A DNA stretch of 64,000 nucleotides, taken from positions 462,096 to 526,095 of the forward strand of contig CBDBKU010000001.1 of the NCBI GenBank assembly GCA_965206775.1, written 5' to 3'. Both the position numbers and the translations under genes were made by a program. The notes beneath the pieces are model-generated. The model was not told where the DNA came from and made no database searches. It saw only the letters and a list, made by a program, of their open reading frames with translations. Source of the DNA: Bryobacterales bacterium. Its GTDB lineage: Bacteria; Acidobacteriota; Terriglobia; Bryobacterales; UBA6623. The first letter of the stretch is position 1. The number at the start of each line of letters is the position of its first letter. Of the stretch, positions 39,494-48,979 are shown in pieces.

Positions 39494-41128
39494 GTGCAGG
39501 CGGGCGCAACCACCGTGTCCAAGAGTTCCTCACGATCTCTAGAACGCGTCTTGGTGGCGCTCTTGTTCACCATCACCGCATGTGGAGTGGATCGGACGGA
39601 CCCTGCTTCATCCCACGCCGCGCGGAACTCCGCGCTGGCAAGCAAGCCCAACATCATCGTTTTCCTGGTCGATGACATGGGGCTGATGGACACCTCGGTT
39701 CCAATGCTGACCGATGAAGCCGGCGAACCTCAGCGCCACCCGCTCAACGACTGGTATCGCACGCCGAATATGGAACGGCTTGCCGCGATGGGAACTCGGT
39801 TCAGCAACTTCTACTCGCACAGCGTCTGCTCGCCGACACGCATCTCGATCATGATTGGGCAGAACGCGGCCCGCCACCGAACTACCGACTACATCAATCC
39901 CTGGCAGGACAATCGGACCTTGGACAACAAGGCATACCCCTTAGCGGTGTCTCAGCAGGGTGCGTCGGAGTGGAATTGGGCGGGGCTGAAGAAGCGTGAT
40001 CTGACCCTGCCAAGGCAGTTGAAAGAAGTCGGATACGCGACCATCCATGTCGGGAAAGCGCATTTTGCTCCCTTCGATCACGAAGGAGCCGACCCACTGA
40101 ATCTCGGCTTTGACGTGAATCTCGCGGGCTCCGCCATCGGAGCGCCGGGTTCCTATCATGGCCGGGCGGGCTACGGGAAAGCCTCCACCAATCCGCTGGC
40201 GCGTCCGGTGCCCGGCCTCGACAAGTACCACGGCACGGACACCTTTCTGACCGAAGCCCTGACTCTGGAAGCCAAGAGCGAAGTAGATAAGGCACTGGCT
40301 GCGGAGCAACCGTTTTTCCTCCATATGTCTCACTACGCGGTGCACTCGCCCTTTAACTCCGATGCTCGATTTGCGGCGCGTTACCGAGACCGAGGCAAGA
40401 GTGAGCCAGCCCAGAACTACGCCACCCTGATTGAAGGCATCGACAAATCACTGGGAGACCTGATGGATCACCTTGAAGAACAGGGCACCGCGGTGAACAC
40501 GCTGATCATTTTCCTTGGAGACAACGGAGGCGATGCCCCGCTGGCGGGCACGGATGACATTTCTTCGAGCGCGCCCCTTCGAGGCCGGAAGGGCAGCAAG
40601 TGGGAAGGCGGTGTGCGCGTTCCTTTCATCGCCGCCTGGGGCAAGTCCGACGCGAACAACCGGTGGCAGAAGAAGCTACCGATCTCCGCCGGCGGCATTC
40701 GCCAAGAGATCGGAGTCTGTTACGACCTGTTCCCGACCATTCTGGATCTGGTCGACGCGCCGGTCCCCGCAGACCACCCGGTTGATGGTCAGAATCTCAA
40801 GCGACTGCTGATTGGGCAACCGGATCCACAACGCAGGAGCGAATTCCTGAACCACTATCCTCATCCGCGTCGCGGAGAGAGCCATTTCTTCACCACTTGG
40901 CGCAAGGGCGACTGGAAGGTGCGCTACGCATATCTAGCCGAAGGTGACAAGCGGTACGCGCTCTACGACTTGGCGAAGGATCCGAGCGAGTCACGGAACC
41001 TCGCCGCGGAAAACCCCGAACAGCTAACGAGCATGATGCAGGGCATGGTCCAGGAGCTGGAATCCATTGAGGCGGTGTATCCGCTGCATGTTGGGCGCCC
41101 GTTGGAACCAGTCATCCCACAGCAGTAG
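39494..41128 (+). CDS. Sulfatase
   Basis: 544 aa. PNIIVFLVDDMGLMD and CSPTRISIMIGQN. Confidence 0.8.
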   Translation: MQAGATTVSKSSSRSLERVLVALLFTITACGVDRTDPASSHAARNSALASKPNIIVFLVDDMGLMDTSVPMLTDEAGEPQRHPLNDWYRTPNMERLAAMGTRFSNFYSHSVCSPTRISIMIGQNAARHRTTDYINPWQDNRTLDNKAYPLAVSQQGASEWNWAGLKKRDLTLPRQLKEVGYATIHVGKAHFAPFDHEGADPLNLGFDVNLAGSAIGAPGSYHGRAGYGKASTNPLARPVPGLDKYHGTDTFLTEALTLEAKSEVDKALAAEQPFFLHMSHYAVHSPFNSDARFAARYRDRGKSEPAQNYATLIEGIDKSLGDLMDHLEEQGTAVNTLIIFLGDNGGDAPLAGTDDISSSAPLRGRKGSKWEGGVRVPFIAAWGKSDANNRWQKKLPISAGGIRQEIGVCYDLFPTILDLVDAPVPADHPVDGQNLKRLLIGQPDPQRRSEFLNHYPHPRRGESHFFTTWRKGDWKVRYAYLAEGDKRYALYDLAKDPSESRNLAAENPEQLTSMMQGMVQELESIEAVYPLHVGRPLEPVIPQQ

Positions 41129-41162
41129 AAGCCATGACTCATTTCGCAAAACGACAACGGCC

Positions 41163-41250
41163 CTATGACCTGGAAGTCGCTGTGAAGGGCTACCAGCCAA
41201 TCAAGCCAAGAGTTGGAATGTACAGCGTGACCAAGCAGCAGCTGAACTGA
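41163..41250 (+). repeat. Relic copy of the 3' end of a GH42-like gene
   Basis: 88 bp, mostly identical to 39402-39489 (the last 28 codons plus stop of the GH42-like gene). It encodes YDLEVAVKGYQPIKPRVGMYSVTKQQLN* with no gene body upstream. Confidence 0.75.
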
Positions 41251-41254
41251 TCCA

Positions 41255-42727
41255 GTGAACACCAGTCTTTGCAGGACCTCCCGTACCGTCTGCGCAAGTG
41301 GGTTAGTCGCGCGGTTCTTTCTGCTGCTGTCCCTGCTGGCTTGCTCCTGCTCCTCTCCGTCGACCGGGCCTTCGGCTGCGGATCCCGGACGCCCTCCGAA
41401 CATCGTCCTGATCCTCGCGGATGACCTGGGCTATGCGGATGTCGGTTTCCAGGGACTCAAGGATTTCGCGACGCCCAGCATTGACCGCTTGGCGGCGTCC
41501 GGTATCCGCTTCCCCAACGCCTACGTCAGCCACCCCTATTGCAGTCCCTCGCGAGCCGGGCTGCTCACCGGCCGCTACCAGCATCGCTTCGGCCATGTGC
41601 ACAATCCCAAGTTCGGCGAGGGCGAAGGCCTGCCGTTGGCGGAAACGCTCTTGCCCGAAGTCCTTTCCCGGGCGGGCTACGTCAGCGGGATCGTGGGAAA
41701 ATGGCACTTGGGTGAGGCGCCGGAGTTCCACCCCATGGAACGGGGCTTCGACGAATTCTTCGGTCTCCTTGGCGGCGGCCATGACTACTTCCGCTCTGCT
41801 GGCGAAGACGCCCGGGAGTACCTGATTCCGCTCGACGCGAATGGGACGAAGGTCCCCGTGGAGGGCTACCTCACAGACCAGCTCACGGGTGCTGCGCTCG
41901 ATTTCATCCGTCGGAATGCAGCAAATCCGCTCTTCCTGTACCTTGCCTACAACGCGCCGCACGCGCCCTTGCAGGCGCCCCCCGAGACACTTGCGCGCGT
42001 GGATTCGATCCCGGACGAGCGCAGGCGCACCTACGCCGCGATGGTCACTGCATTGGATGACGGCGTCGGGGAGGTCTTGTCCTTGGTGGACGAACTTGGC
42101 CTGACGGACAGCACCTTGGTGATCTTCCTGAGCGACAACGGAGGTATGCCGCCTGTGAATGCAGCGGACAACGCCCCCCTTCGGTCAACGAAGGGGACGG
42201 TCTACGAAGGCGGTGTCCGCGTGCCGTTCGTACTCACGTGGCCGGGCCGTCTTGCGGCAGGGATCGAATACGGACCACTAGTGAGTTCTCTGGACATCTT
42301 CCCCACGGCAGTGTCTGTCGCCGGCGTCGAGCCGCCCGCGGGGTTGGATGGCGTAGATCTGATGCCCTTCCTGGCCGGCGCGGACAGCGGGGCGCCCCAC
42401 GCCCAGCTGTTCTGGTATTCGGACGAGGGTGACCAGCTGGCAACCCGCACCGCCGAGCGAAAGCTCGTTCGAGTGCTGAAGCGCGAGCCCGAACTCTATG
42501 CCATCGCGGCGGACATTTCCGAGGCCAACGACATCAGCGGAGACGACAGCGCCCAGACAGGGGAACTCGAAAGGACGGTGGATTCCTGGCATGCGGCGCA
42601 TCCCCCGCCCGCCTGGCCCGGGATGACAGCAGGGCGGCCAGTCCATCCGAATTTCGCCAGAGCCCTCGGGGCGACTACGGCCGAGATCGAGGCATGGGTA
42701 GCCGCAAGGCCCGTGAACAGCGAATGA
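41255..42727 (+). CDS. Sulfatase
   Basis: 490 aa. PNIVLILADDLGYADVGFQG and CSPSRAGLLTGRY. Confidence 0.85.
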   Translation: MNTSLCRTSRTVCASGLVARFFLLLSLLACSCSSPSTGPSAADPGRPPNIVLILADDLGYADVGFQGLKDFATPSIDRLAASGIRFPNAYVSHPYCSPSRAGLLTGRYQHRFGHVHNPKFGEGEGLPLAETLLPEVLSRAGYVSGIVGKWHLGEAPEFHPMERGFDEFFGLLGGGHDYFRSAGEDAREYLIPLDANGTKVPVEGYLTDQLTGAALDFIRRNAANPLFLYLAYNAPHAPLQAPPETLARVDSIPDERRRTYAAMVTALDDGVGEVLSLVDELGLTDSTLVIFLSDNGGMPPVNAADNAPLRSTKGTVYEGGVRVPFVLTWPGRLAAGIEYGPLVSSLDIFPTAVSVAGVEPPAGLDGVDLMPFLAGADSGAPHAQLFWYSDEGDQLATRTAERKLVRVLKREPELYAIAADISEANDISGDDSAQTGELERTVDSWHAAHPPPAWPGMTAGRPVHPNFARALGATTAEIEAWVAARPVNSE

Positions 42728-42809
42728 AGCCTACCAGGAAAACAGGGCTCGGTCAGGCGTGACGGCACGGACGACCGGTCGCCAGATTTCGCCACCACGA
42801 ACTTCTCAA

Positions 42810-43393
42810 GGTACTGTCAAGCTGGCGTCCGAGGGGGACAATAGATCGGCAGAATCTCTGTATCGAGGCCGCCGCTTTTCACCCGAGATCACCCGTCACG
42901 CCGTGTGGCTCTATCATCGGTTCACCCTCAGCTTCCGGGATGTCGAGGACCTGCTCGCCGAGCGCGGCGTCATCGTGTCCTACGAGGCGATTAGATTGTG
43001 GTGTCGCAAATTCGGTCCCGCGTTTGCTCGGAACCTGCGCCGGCGGCATGGTCAGGTTGGCGATGCCTTGCATGTGGATGAGGTCTTCATCACGATCCGC
43101 GGGGAATGCCGCTATCTCTGGAGGGCGGTGGACCAGGACCGCGACGTCCTGGATCTTCCGGTCACGCGCCGCCGGGACGCAAGGGCAGCCAAGCGTTTTC
43201 TCGCGCGGTCCATGCGGCCATGCACAACTCATTCAGGCTCGCACGCCATCGTCTCAAAGCGATCCATCATCGACTCCTTCGGGAGCATGCATTCACCACT
43301 TGGAAGACCGCGACGGGTTTTCGCCGAGCGAAGATCCACGCACCGATATTCGGATCAGAACCGCTTCGGCGAAATTGACTTGTTGACTATGCC
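42810..43393 (+). mobile_element. IS6-family element remnant with internally deleted transposase
   Basis: Candidate inverted repeats GGTACTGTCAAGCTG (42810-42824) and GGCATAGTCAACAAG (reverse complement of 43379-43393). The IS6-type N-terminus (YRGRRFSPEITRHAVWLYHRFTLSFRDVEDLLAERGV...DEVFITIRGECRYLWRAVDQD...RAAKRFL) switches frame to the family C-terminus (AVHAAMHNSFRLARHRLKAIHHRLLREHAFTTWKTATG). The middle of the catalytic domain is missing. No target duplication seen. Confidence 0.6.
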
Positions 43394-43505
43394 CGGCCAC
43401 TTGTCCCAGGCCGGCCACCGCCAGTTACGCCTGCATTTCAGGAACTTGAGAATTCCGCAGAGAGACTCTCTCACCTGAGACGAAGAAACGGTCCTCGCTC
43501 CGGAA

Positions 43506-45056
43506 TTATGGGTACGTGTATGTCGACTGCAGTCCTAGGGGAATGCCCAGGGCCCAGTACAGCCCCAATGCCAGGGACCACGTAATCAGCAAGCTGATCG
43601 AGTACGGCAACATCAAGGAGGTGACCGTGCCGATACCCGTATTCTTCACCCATCGCTGGCAGAAAGCCACCACGAGCGGGAAATACGGCATCAGCGGCGT
43701 GACGATATTCGTAGTGGAATCGCCCACCCGGTAGGCGGCTTGGGTCAATTCCGGGGAGAGCCCGACCTGCATCAGGACCGGCACGAACACCGGTGCTAGC
43801 AAGGCCCACTTCCCGGATGCCGATCCAACGAGCAGATTCACCAACGCGCTCAACGCGATTATGCCGCCAATTGTCATCATGCCGGGGAGGCCCAAGGCCT
43901 TGAGGAATTCGGCACCTTCCACTGCAAGCAGCGCGCCCAGGTTTGACTGGGCGAAGGCCGCAGTGAACTGTGCGCAAAAGAAAATCATCGTGAGGTAGTA
44001 GCCCATTGTCGACATGGACTTGCTCATGCCGGCGATAATGTCGCGATGGCTCTTGACGGTGCCGGCCACATATCCGTAGACGGTACCGGGTATCAGAAAC
44101 AACAGGAAGATCAGTGGGATCATCGACTGCATCAACGGAGCCGCGAAGGAACTGAGCTGCCCGTTTGGTGCGCGCAGAGGGGAATCGGCCGGCAGCACCG
44201 CTAGGAACAGCGCCAATACACCCAGCACCATGGTTGCGAGACCGGCCCATACCCCAGCTCGTTCCTTTCGGGAAAGCGCTTGCGACTCGACGTTGTCGGA
44301 GTCCTCGCCATCGAGGTGAGTCCCGTGGAGCCGCGGTTCGATCACGCGGTCAGTCACGATCCACCCGACGGCGATCACGAGCACGCTCGACACGCTCGTG
44401 AACAGCCAATTGCACAGCGGGTTGACCTCGCGGCCCGAATCCAGGATCTGCGCGGCCGACTGGGTGAAACCCTGGAGCAGGGGATCGATAGCCGACGGGA
44501 TGAAGTTCGCACCGAAGCCGCCCGAGACCCCCGCGAAAGCGCAAGCGATACCCGCGAGGGGATGTCGCCCGGCAGCGTGAAATATGACACCTCCCAGAGG
44601 AATGACCAGCACGTAGCCGACGTCTGCTGCCGTATGGCTGATGATCGCAACCAAGAGCAGCATTGGGGACAGCAGGCTCCGCGGAGTCATCGCGACAAGG
44701 CCTTTCAGGCTTGCGCGGATGAATCCGGTGTGTTCGGCAACCCCGACTCCCAGAAGCGCCACCAAGACGACGCCCAGTGGCGCGAATCCAGTGAATACAC
44801 TCACCATGTTCGCCAGGAAAGCGGCTAGGCTCGGCCCGGACAGCTGGTTCTCGACTATCAGTGTCCGTGCTCCGTCCTTGGCCGGAACCGTAAATCCATG
44901 GCCTGCCAAAAGCCACGACGCGATCCAGACCGCGACAAGGGCTATAACGAAGAGCGCGGCCGGGTCCGGCAAGCGGTTGCCCACCCGCTCCACCCAATGG
45001 AGCGCTCTCTCGACCGCGGTCTGGCGTGCTTGATGGGAAGCGCCGGAAGTTGCCAT
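43506..45056 (-). CDS. AbgT-family (p-aminobenzoyl-glutamate type) transporter
   Basis: 516 aa, polytopic. N-terminal ERALHWVERVGNRLPDPAALFVIALVAVW is typical of AbgT. Confidence 0.85.
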   Translation of the reverse strand: MATSGASHQARQTAVERALHWVERVGNRLPDPAALFVIALVAVWIASWLLAGHGFTVPAKDGARTLIVENQLSGPSLAAFLANMVSVFTGFAPLGVVLVALLGVGVAEHTGFIRASLKGLVAMTPRSLLSPMLLLVAIISHTAADVGYVLVIPLGGVIFHAAGRHPLAGIACAFAGVSGGFGANFIPSAIDPLLQGFTQSAAQILDSGREVNPLCNWLFTSVSSVLVIAVGWIVTDRVIEPRLHGTHLDGEDSDNVESQALSRKERAGVWAGLATMVLGVLALFLAVLPADSPLRAPNGQLSSFAAPLMQSMIPLIFLLFLIPGTVYGYVAGTVKSHRDIIAGMSKSMSTMGYYLTMIFFCAQFTAAFAQSNLGALLAVEGAEFLKALGLPGMMTIGGIIALSALVNLLVGSASGKWALLAPVFVPVLMQVGLSPELTQAAYRVGDSTTNIVTPLMPYFPLVVAFCQRWVKNTGIGTVTSLMLPYSISLLITWSLALGLYWALGIPLGLQSTYTYP

Positions 45057-45615
45057 AGCAAGATCAGAGTTCCAGTATATTTGCGGCGAGCGGCAGTGCG
45101 GACGAATTGCCGAGATTCAGAATTCCAGGCTTGCCAGCCTGGACGGCAGACGTCAGGCCTCTTTGGCGGTGCTACCACCTTCGCGCGCTCGGCTTTGCAT
45201 GCGCTATTCGCAAGTCGTCGGCCGTCACGAATGTTCTCTAGCTGCCCTTCCATGTGTCCCGCATCGGTGTTGGGGACGCCGCTGCGCTCGGACCTTCCCG
45301 GGGCAATTCAGGAGCATGCTTGATCGTCTCCGAGTTGGCGGAGGCGGTAGACGACGGTGGCACCGGCCCGGCACGCGCCGGCCACGCAAGCCAAGCAGCG
45401 GACGCGGCTGACCGCCGAAGGGGATACGTTGCGGCACTTTCGCGGCCTGCTAGGGAGTTGGGCACGCTGCAGCGCAACTGTGCATGCGCTTCCAGCTGCC
45501 GGCCGCGTCGGATCAGGCCGCACAATTGGTAAGAGCCGCCTTCAGCGATCGACAGAGAGACGAGAAGAAACCTAACTTGGAATCGACCAAGCAATCTTCC
45601 CGCTAGAGCGTATAG

Positions 45616-45875
45616 ATGGAGGTCGTCGCAATCGGCCTCGACCTCGCAAAACCTCGGTCCACTTCGCCGGACTGGACGCAAGCGGGTAGGTGCTCATACA
45701 TCACCAGTACTCGATGGACAAGCTCTTGGAGGTCACCGCGCGGATGATGCCAGGCCGCATCGGAATGGAAGCCTACTGCGGCTCACATCATCTCGGGCGC
45801 AAGCTGCTCGCACAAGGGCAAGACGTCAGGCTGATGCCGCCGAGACTGATTCGGAGGCGGTGCTCCGCTCGCTGA
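45616..45875 (+). pseudogene. IS110-family transposase N-terminal remnant (frameshifted, truncated)
   Basis: ATG 45616 gives MEVVAIGLDLAK... The continuation is in another frame (ORF 45690..45875: MPGRIGMEAYCGSHHLGRKLLAQGQDVRLMPPR). No catalytic remainder follows. Confidence 0.5.
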
Positions 45876-45965
45876 ACCTCCCCCGTTTCGTTGGGTGCGG
45901 CCAAACTCACTCTGGTGCGGACCAGCCCGGGTTGGTCGACCCGTAGCACATGCTCCGCAAACGAC

Positions 45966-46409
45966 TTATTGCCGGTGCTGAATCGCCACGCAGGCGTCCT
46001 TTACCGCGTTGCCAAGCGATCGCGTGGAACTGCTGGCAACCATGTCGCCGTCCCGGTCGAAAAGAGCCATCTTGTTGTCCTTCGCGACGATATCCCTGCC
46101 GCCTACTCGTTCGAGAAAAAGGATGTAGTCCGCTCTCTCTCGATTGATCGTGACGACAATTCCTTCGCATTCGCGCCTCTTGCTGATCGTCTTCATGATC
46201 TCGGCGGTCTGCGGCTTGGCACCGCCTCGTAGAGAACCGGCTCCGTCTCCGGCGTGAACCACATCGTCTCCCGACACCGACCAACTGGTGCTCTCCGTCA
46301 CGAAGATGCGGGTCTTACCGCTCGCGCCGCCCGTCTGGGGCCACAGAACCGGCATCGCTACCACAACGACTGCCAGCATCCGTGGGCGAAACACCCCTCG
46401 GAGTTTCAT
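45966..46409 (-). CDS. Hypothetical secreted protein
   Basis: ORF 45966..46505(-) trimmed to ATG 46409 (MKLRGVFRPRMLAVVVVAMPVLW, signal-like). Ordinary amino-acid composition. No family recognised. Confidence 0.4.
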   Translation of the reverse strand: MKLRGVFRPRMLAVVVVAMPVLWPQTGGASGKTRIFVTESTSWSVSGDDVVHAGDGAGSLRGGAKPQTAEIMKTISKRRECEGIVVTINRERADYILFLERVGGRDIVAKDNKMALFDRDGDMVASSSTRSLGNAVKDACVAIQHRQ

Positions 46410-46642
46410 TTGAAGGCGGTAGCCGAAGCAACCCCTAACGGCATTGAGGAGTTCAGCCTGTCTCACTATCGGTGTGAGACGAGTCCTCTTGGCGTATGGT
46501 TCCATGGCTGCGGGTCAAGGTGCGGTAGCGAGGACCGTCTCGCCCGCCACGTCTATAAACCGCTGCGGCATCAATCCGATAGCGACCGTAAAGACCGCGC
46601 TCTCCACAAGCGCTACCCGCCTGCCAATGCTACGGTACTTCG

Positions 46643-47371
46643 TTATCCGGACCACGTGGTACTTGATGTCGTTCCTCGCGAGGCTGCAAGCGCCGCCGCT
46701 GCCGCGAGCTTATCCTTGGCCTGCCAAGGCGGCCCGACTGATCGACCCATTGCCGAGAGCAAAGCGTCGATGTCCTTGCAGCCGAGCACCGTTGCTGCGT
46801 CGCGAAACACGCGCTCGCGGTCGTACCAACACACGGACCAGCCGCGCGCTTCGGCTGCGGTCGCGAGGGCCTCGCGATACATCACAGAGTCGGCGACGGT
46901 CTGCGCTCGATTGTCGGCGATGCGTTCCTCGGTTGTCGGCGGAAGCTTGGGGCAGACGCGGATCGCGACTTTCGTAATCGGAATAGGCACTGCTGCGGCC
47001 AGCGCTTCAAGGCTCTCGCGCGCACCGCGCACTGCGGATTCCCGCACGCGCTCGACAAGCTCGATTGCCTCAGCGAGCGAAATCTCCCGTGCCCACGGGC
47101 TGTCTTGGTAACGACCCACCGCCCACGACCCTTCATGGTGATGCGGGTGAGTTGGCAATTCGCTATCTGTCAGGTCGATGCGGCGGCGATCAAGGAGTTC
47201 CCCGTCAGGTGCGACCGTAACGAGCACCACCGAGTTACCGTACTCGGTGACGCCAACCGCCGCGGTTCGCTCCGTTCGTTCTCTGGCCACACATTCCTCC
47301 CTCTTGGGACTTGTCAGAGACGATAGTCCGTATTGGCGCGCTCCCGGCCAAGCCGATGCGGCAAGCAGCAA
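46643..47371 (-). CDS. Hypothetical protein
   Basis: 242-aa ORF with protein-like composition (AAVGVTEYGNSVVLVTVAPDGELLDRRRIDL...). Start uncertain. No family recognised. Confidence 0.35.
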   Translation of the reverse strand: MLLAASAWPGARQYGLSSLTSPKREECVARERTERTAAVGVTEYGNSVVLVTVAPDGELLDRRRIDLTDSELPTHPHHHEGSWAVGRYQDSPWAREISLAEAIELVERVRESAVRGARESLEALAAAVPIPITKVAIRVCPKLPPTTEERIADNRAQTVADSVMYREALATAAEARGWSVCWYDRERVFRDAATVLGCKDIDALLSAMGRSVGPPWQAKDKLAAAAALAASRGTTSSTTWSG

Positions 47372-47782
47372 GGGCAGCTAAGCCGCTCCGTATCGTGGGG
47401 CGTATATTTCGAGTGGCGGCACTGAATGCAGCGCCACGAGCTGCCTTCAGAAGCACTATCGTCGGAAAATCCGCTACCAGAACGCTATTGGCCTCTGACG
47501 CGCGAGCGGGACCCACCTTGGGCCCCGCCCTGCGCAATAGACTGATCGTAACTCCTGACCTGCTCCGAACTGATCCGGTTCGTCACTAGGGAGCAACCCA
47601 TCTAAGTGACCGAGAATAAAGGCAACTACAAGTAAATCAAGAGGTTTCGAGATGGAGGCGCGGGTGGCAACCGATCCGGGGGATCGAGGGGTGCTCAAGG
47701 GTCTCGGTTTGGATCATCAAGATACTGATAACAACATATTTACATGATCTTGTGGTAAGCTGAGGTTACCGGCGTTCTCTTC

Positions 47783-48979
47783 ATGAAAGGCATAGCTGAA
47801 GGCATAACCCGACGGGGAGCACGAACCCCGAAACGGCTCTCCGCGACCTTCGTCAAGACCGTCACGCGGTCCGGGCGCTACGGCGACGGTCGCGGTAGCC
47901 ACGGGCTCTCGCTGCTGGTCAAGCCGATGAAGCTCGGAGGGCATTCGCGAACCTGGAGCCAGCGGCTGCGCATCAATGGCAAGCCCGTCAGCATCGGGCT
48001 CGGCTCGTTCCCGGTTGTCTCGCTGGCCGAGGCTCGCAAGGCCGCCTTGGCGAATCGCCGCGCACTCGCAAGGGGGAATGATCCGCGCAACTCCGTACCC
48101 ACGCTCGCCCAGGCGAGCGAGAGCGTGCTGGCGATCCATTCCGCCAGCTGGAAGGACGGTGCCCGTTCGGCGCAGATATGGAGGAACAGTCTCCGCGATT
48201 ACGTGCTGCCGCAGCTGGGCCGGACACGCGTCGACCGCATCACCACGGCCGACATCATGGCCGTGCTGCTGCCACACTGGGCAGCGAAGCACGAGACGAT
48301 GCGCCGCATCAAGCAGCGACTCAGCCGCATCTTCCGCTGGGCGGTGGCCGAGGGCTACCGGACGGACGATCCCGCCGGAGCCACGCTCGACGCGGCCCTG
48401 CCCCGGAACGGACGATCCACGCGCCACTTCGCCGCCCTGCCGCACGGCGAGGTCGTGGCCGCGATCGAGACGGTGCGGAACAGCGGGGCCTGGCCGGGAA
48501 CCAAGGCCGCCTTCGAGTTCCTGGTCCTGACGGCGTGCCGGTCCGGCGAGGTCCGTCGGTCGGAGTGGCGGGAGGTCGACCTGGATGCCGGGGTCTGGAC
48601 CATCCCGGCGGACCGATCCAAGACACGGCGCGAGCACAAGGTGCCGCTGGCGCCGCGGTCGCTCGCCGTGCTGGACGAGGCGCGACGACTCTCGCAGGGC
48701 GAGGGGCTGATCTTTCCGTCCGTTAGCGGCAAGGCGCTTTCTGACGCGACGCTGTCGAAGCTGCTCCGGGAGCAAGGCATCGGAGCGGTGCCGCATGGAT
48801 TCCGGTCGTCATTCCGCGATTGGTGCGGGGAGACGGGCCAGCCACGTGAAGTGGCCGAGGCGTGCCTAGCGCACGCCGTCAGAAGCAAGGTCGAGGCGGC
48901 CTGCGCGCGATCGGACCTGCTCAATCGACGGCGGATCCTAATGCAGGCTTGGGCGGACTACCTCTCGGACGATTCCTGA
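47783..48979 (+). CDS. int: Tyrosine recombinase / phage-type integrase (P4-like, arm-binding N-terminus)
   Basis: 398 aa. Arm domain (LSATFVKTVT..GRYGDGRGSHGLSLLVKP), core-binding domain, and a catalytic domain with FLVLTACRSGEVRR, VPHGFRSSFRDW, LAH and a C-terminal Tyr region. Confidence 0.9.
   Translation: MKGIAEGITRRGARTPKRLSATFVKTVTRSGRYGDGRGSHGLSLLVKPMKLGGHSRTWSQRLRINGKPVSIGLGSFPVVSLAEARKAALANRRALARGNDPRNSVPTLAQASESVLAIHSASWKDGARSAQIWRNSLRDYVLPQLGRTRVDRITTADIMAVLLPHWAAKHETMRRIKQRLSRIFRWAVAEGYRTDDPAGATLDAALPRNGRSTRHFAALPHGEVVAAIETVRNSGAWPGTKAAFEFLVLTACRSGEVRRSEWREVDLDAGVWTIPADRSKTRREHKVPLAPRSLAVLDEARRLSQGEGLIFPSVSGKALSDATLSKLLREQGIGAVPHGFRSSFRDWCGETGQPREVAEACLAHAVRSKVEAACARSDLLNRRRILMQAWADYLSDDS

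Noticed and set aside
47640-47700. TGGAGGCGCGGGTGGCAACCGATCCGGGGGATCGAGG upstream of the integrase, considered as the reverse complement of a tRNA 3' end or att site.
   Set aside because: There is no GGTTCGAATCC-type T-loop and no acceptor or T-stem pairing. It has no repeat partner near 63.8 kb.
47717-48796. A 359-aa ORF antisense to the integrase, plus several 180-aa alternative-frame ORFs in the same interval.
   Set aside because: The integrase frame has full-length family signatures. The antisense products are Arg/Pro/Gly-rich.
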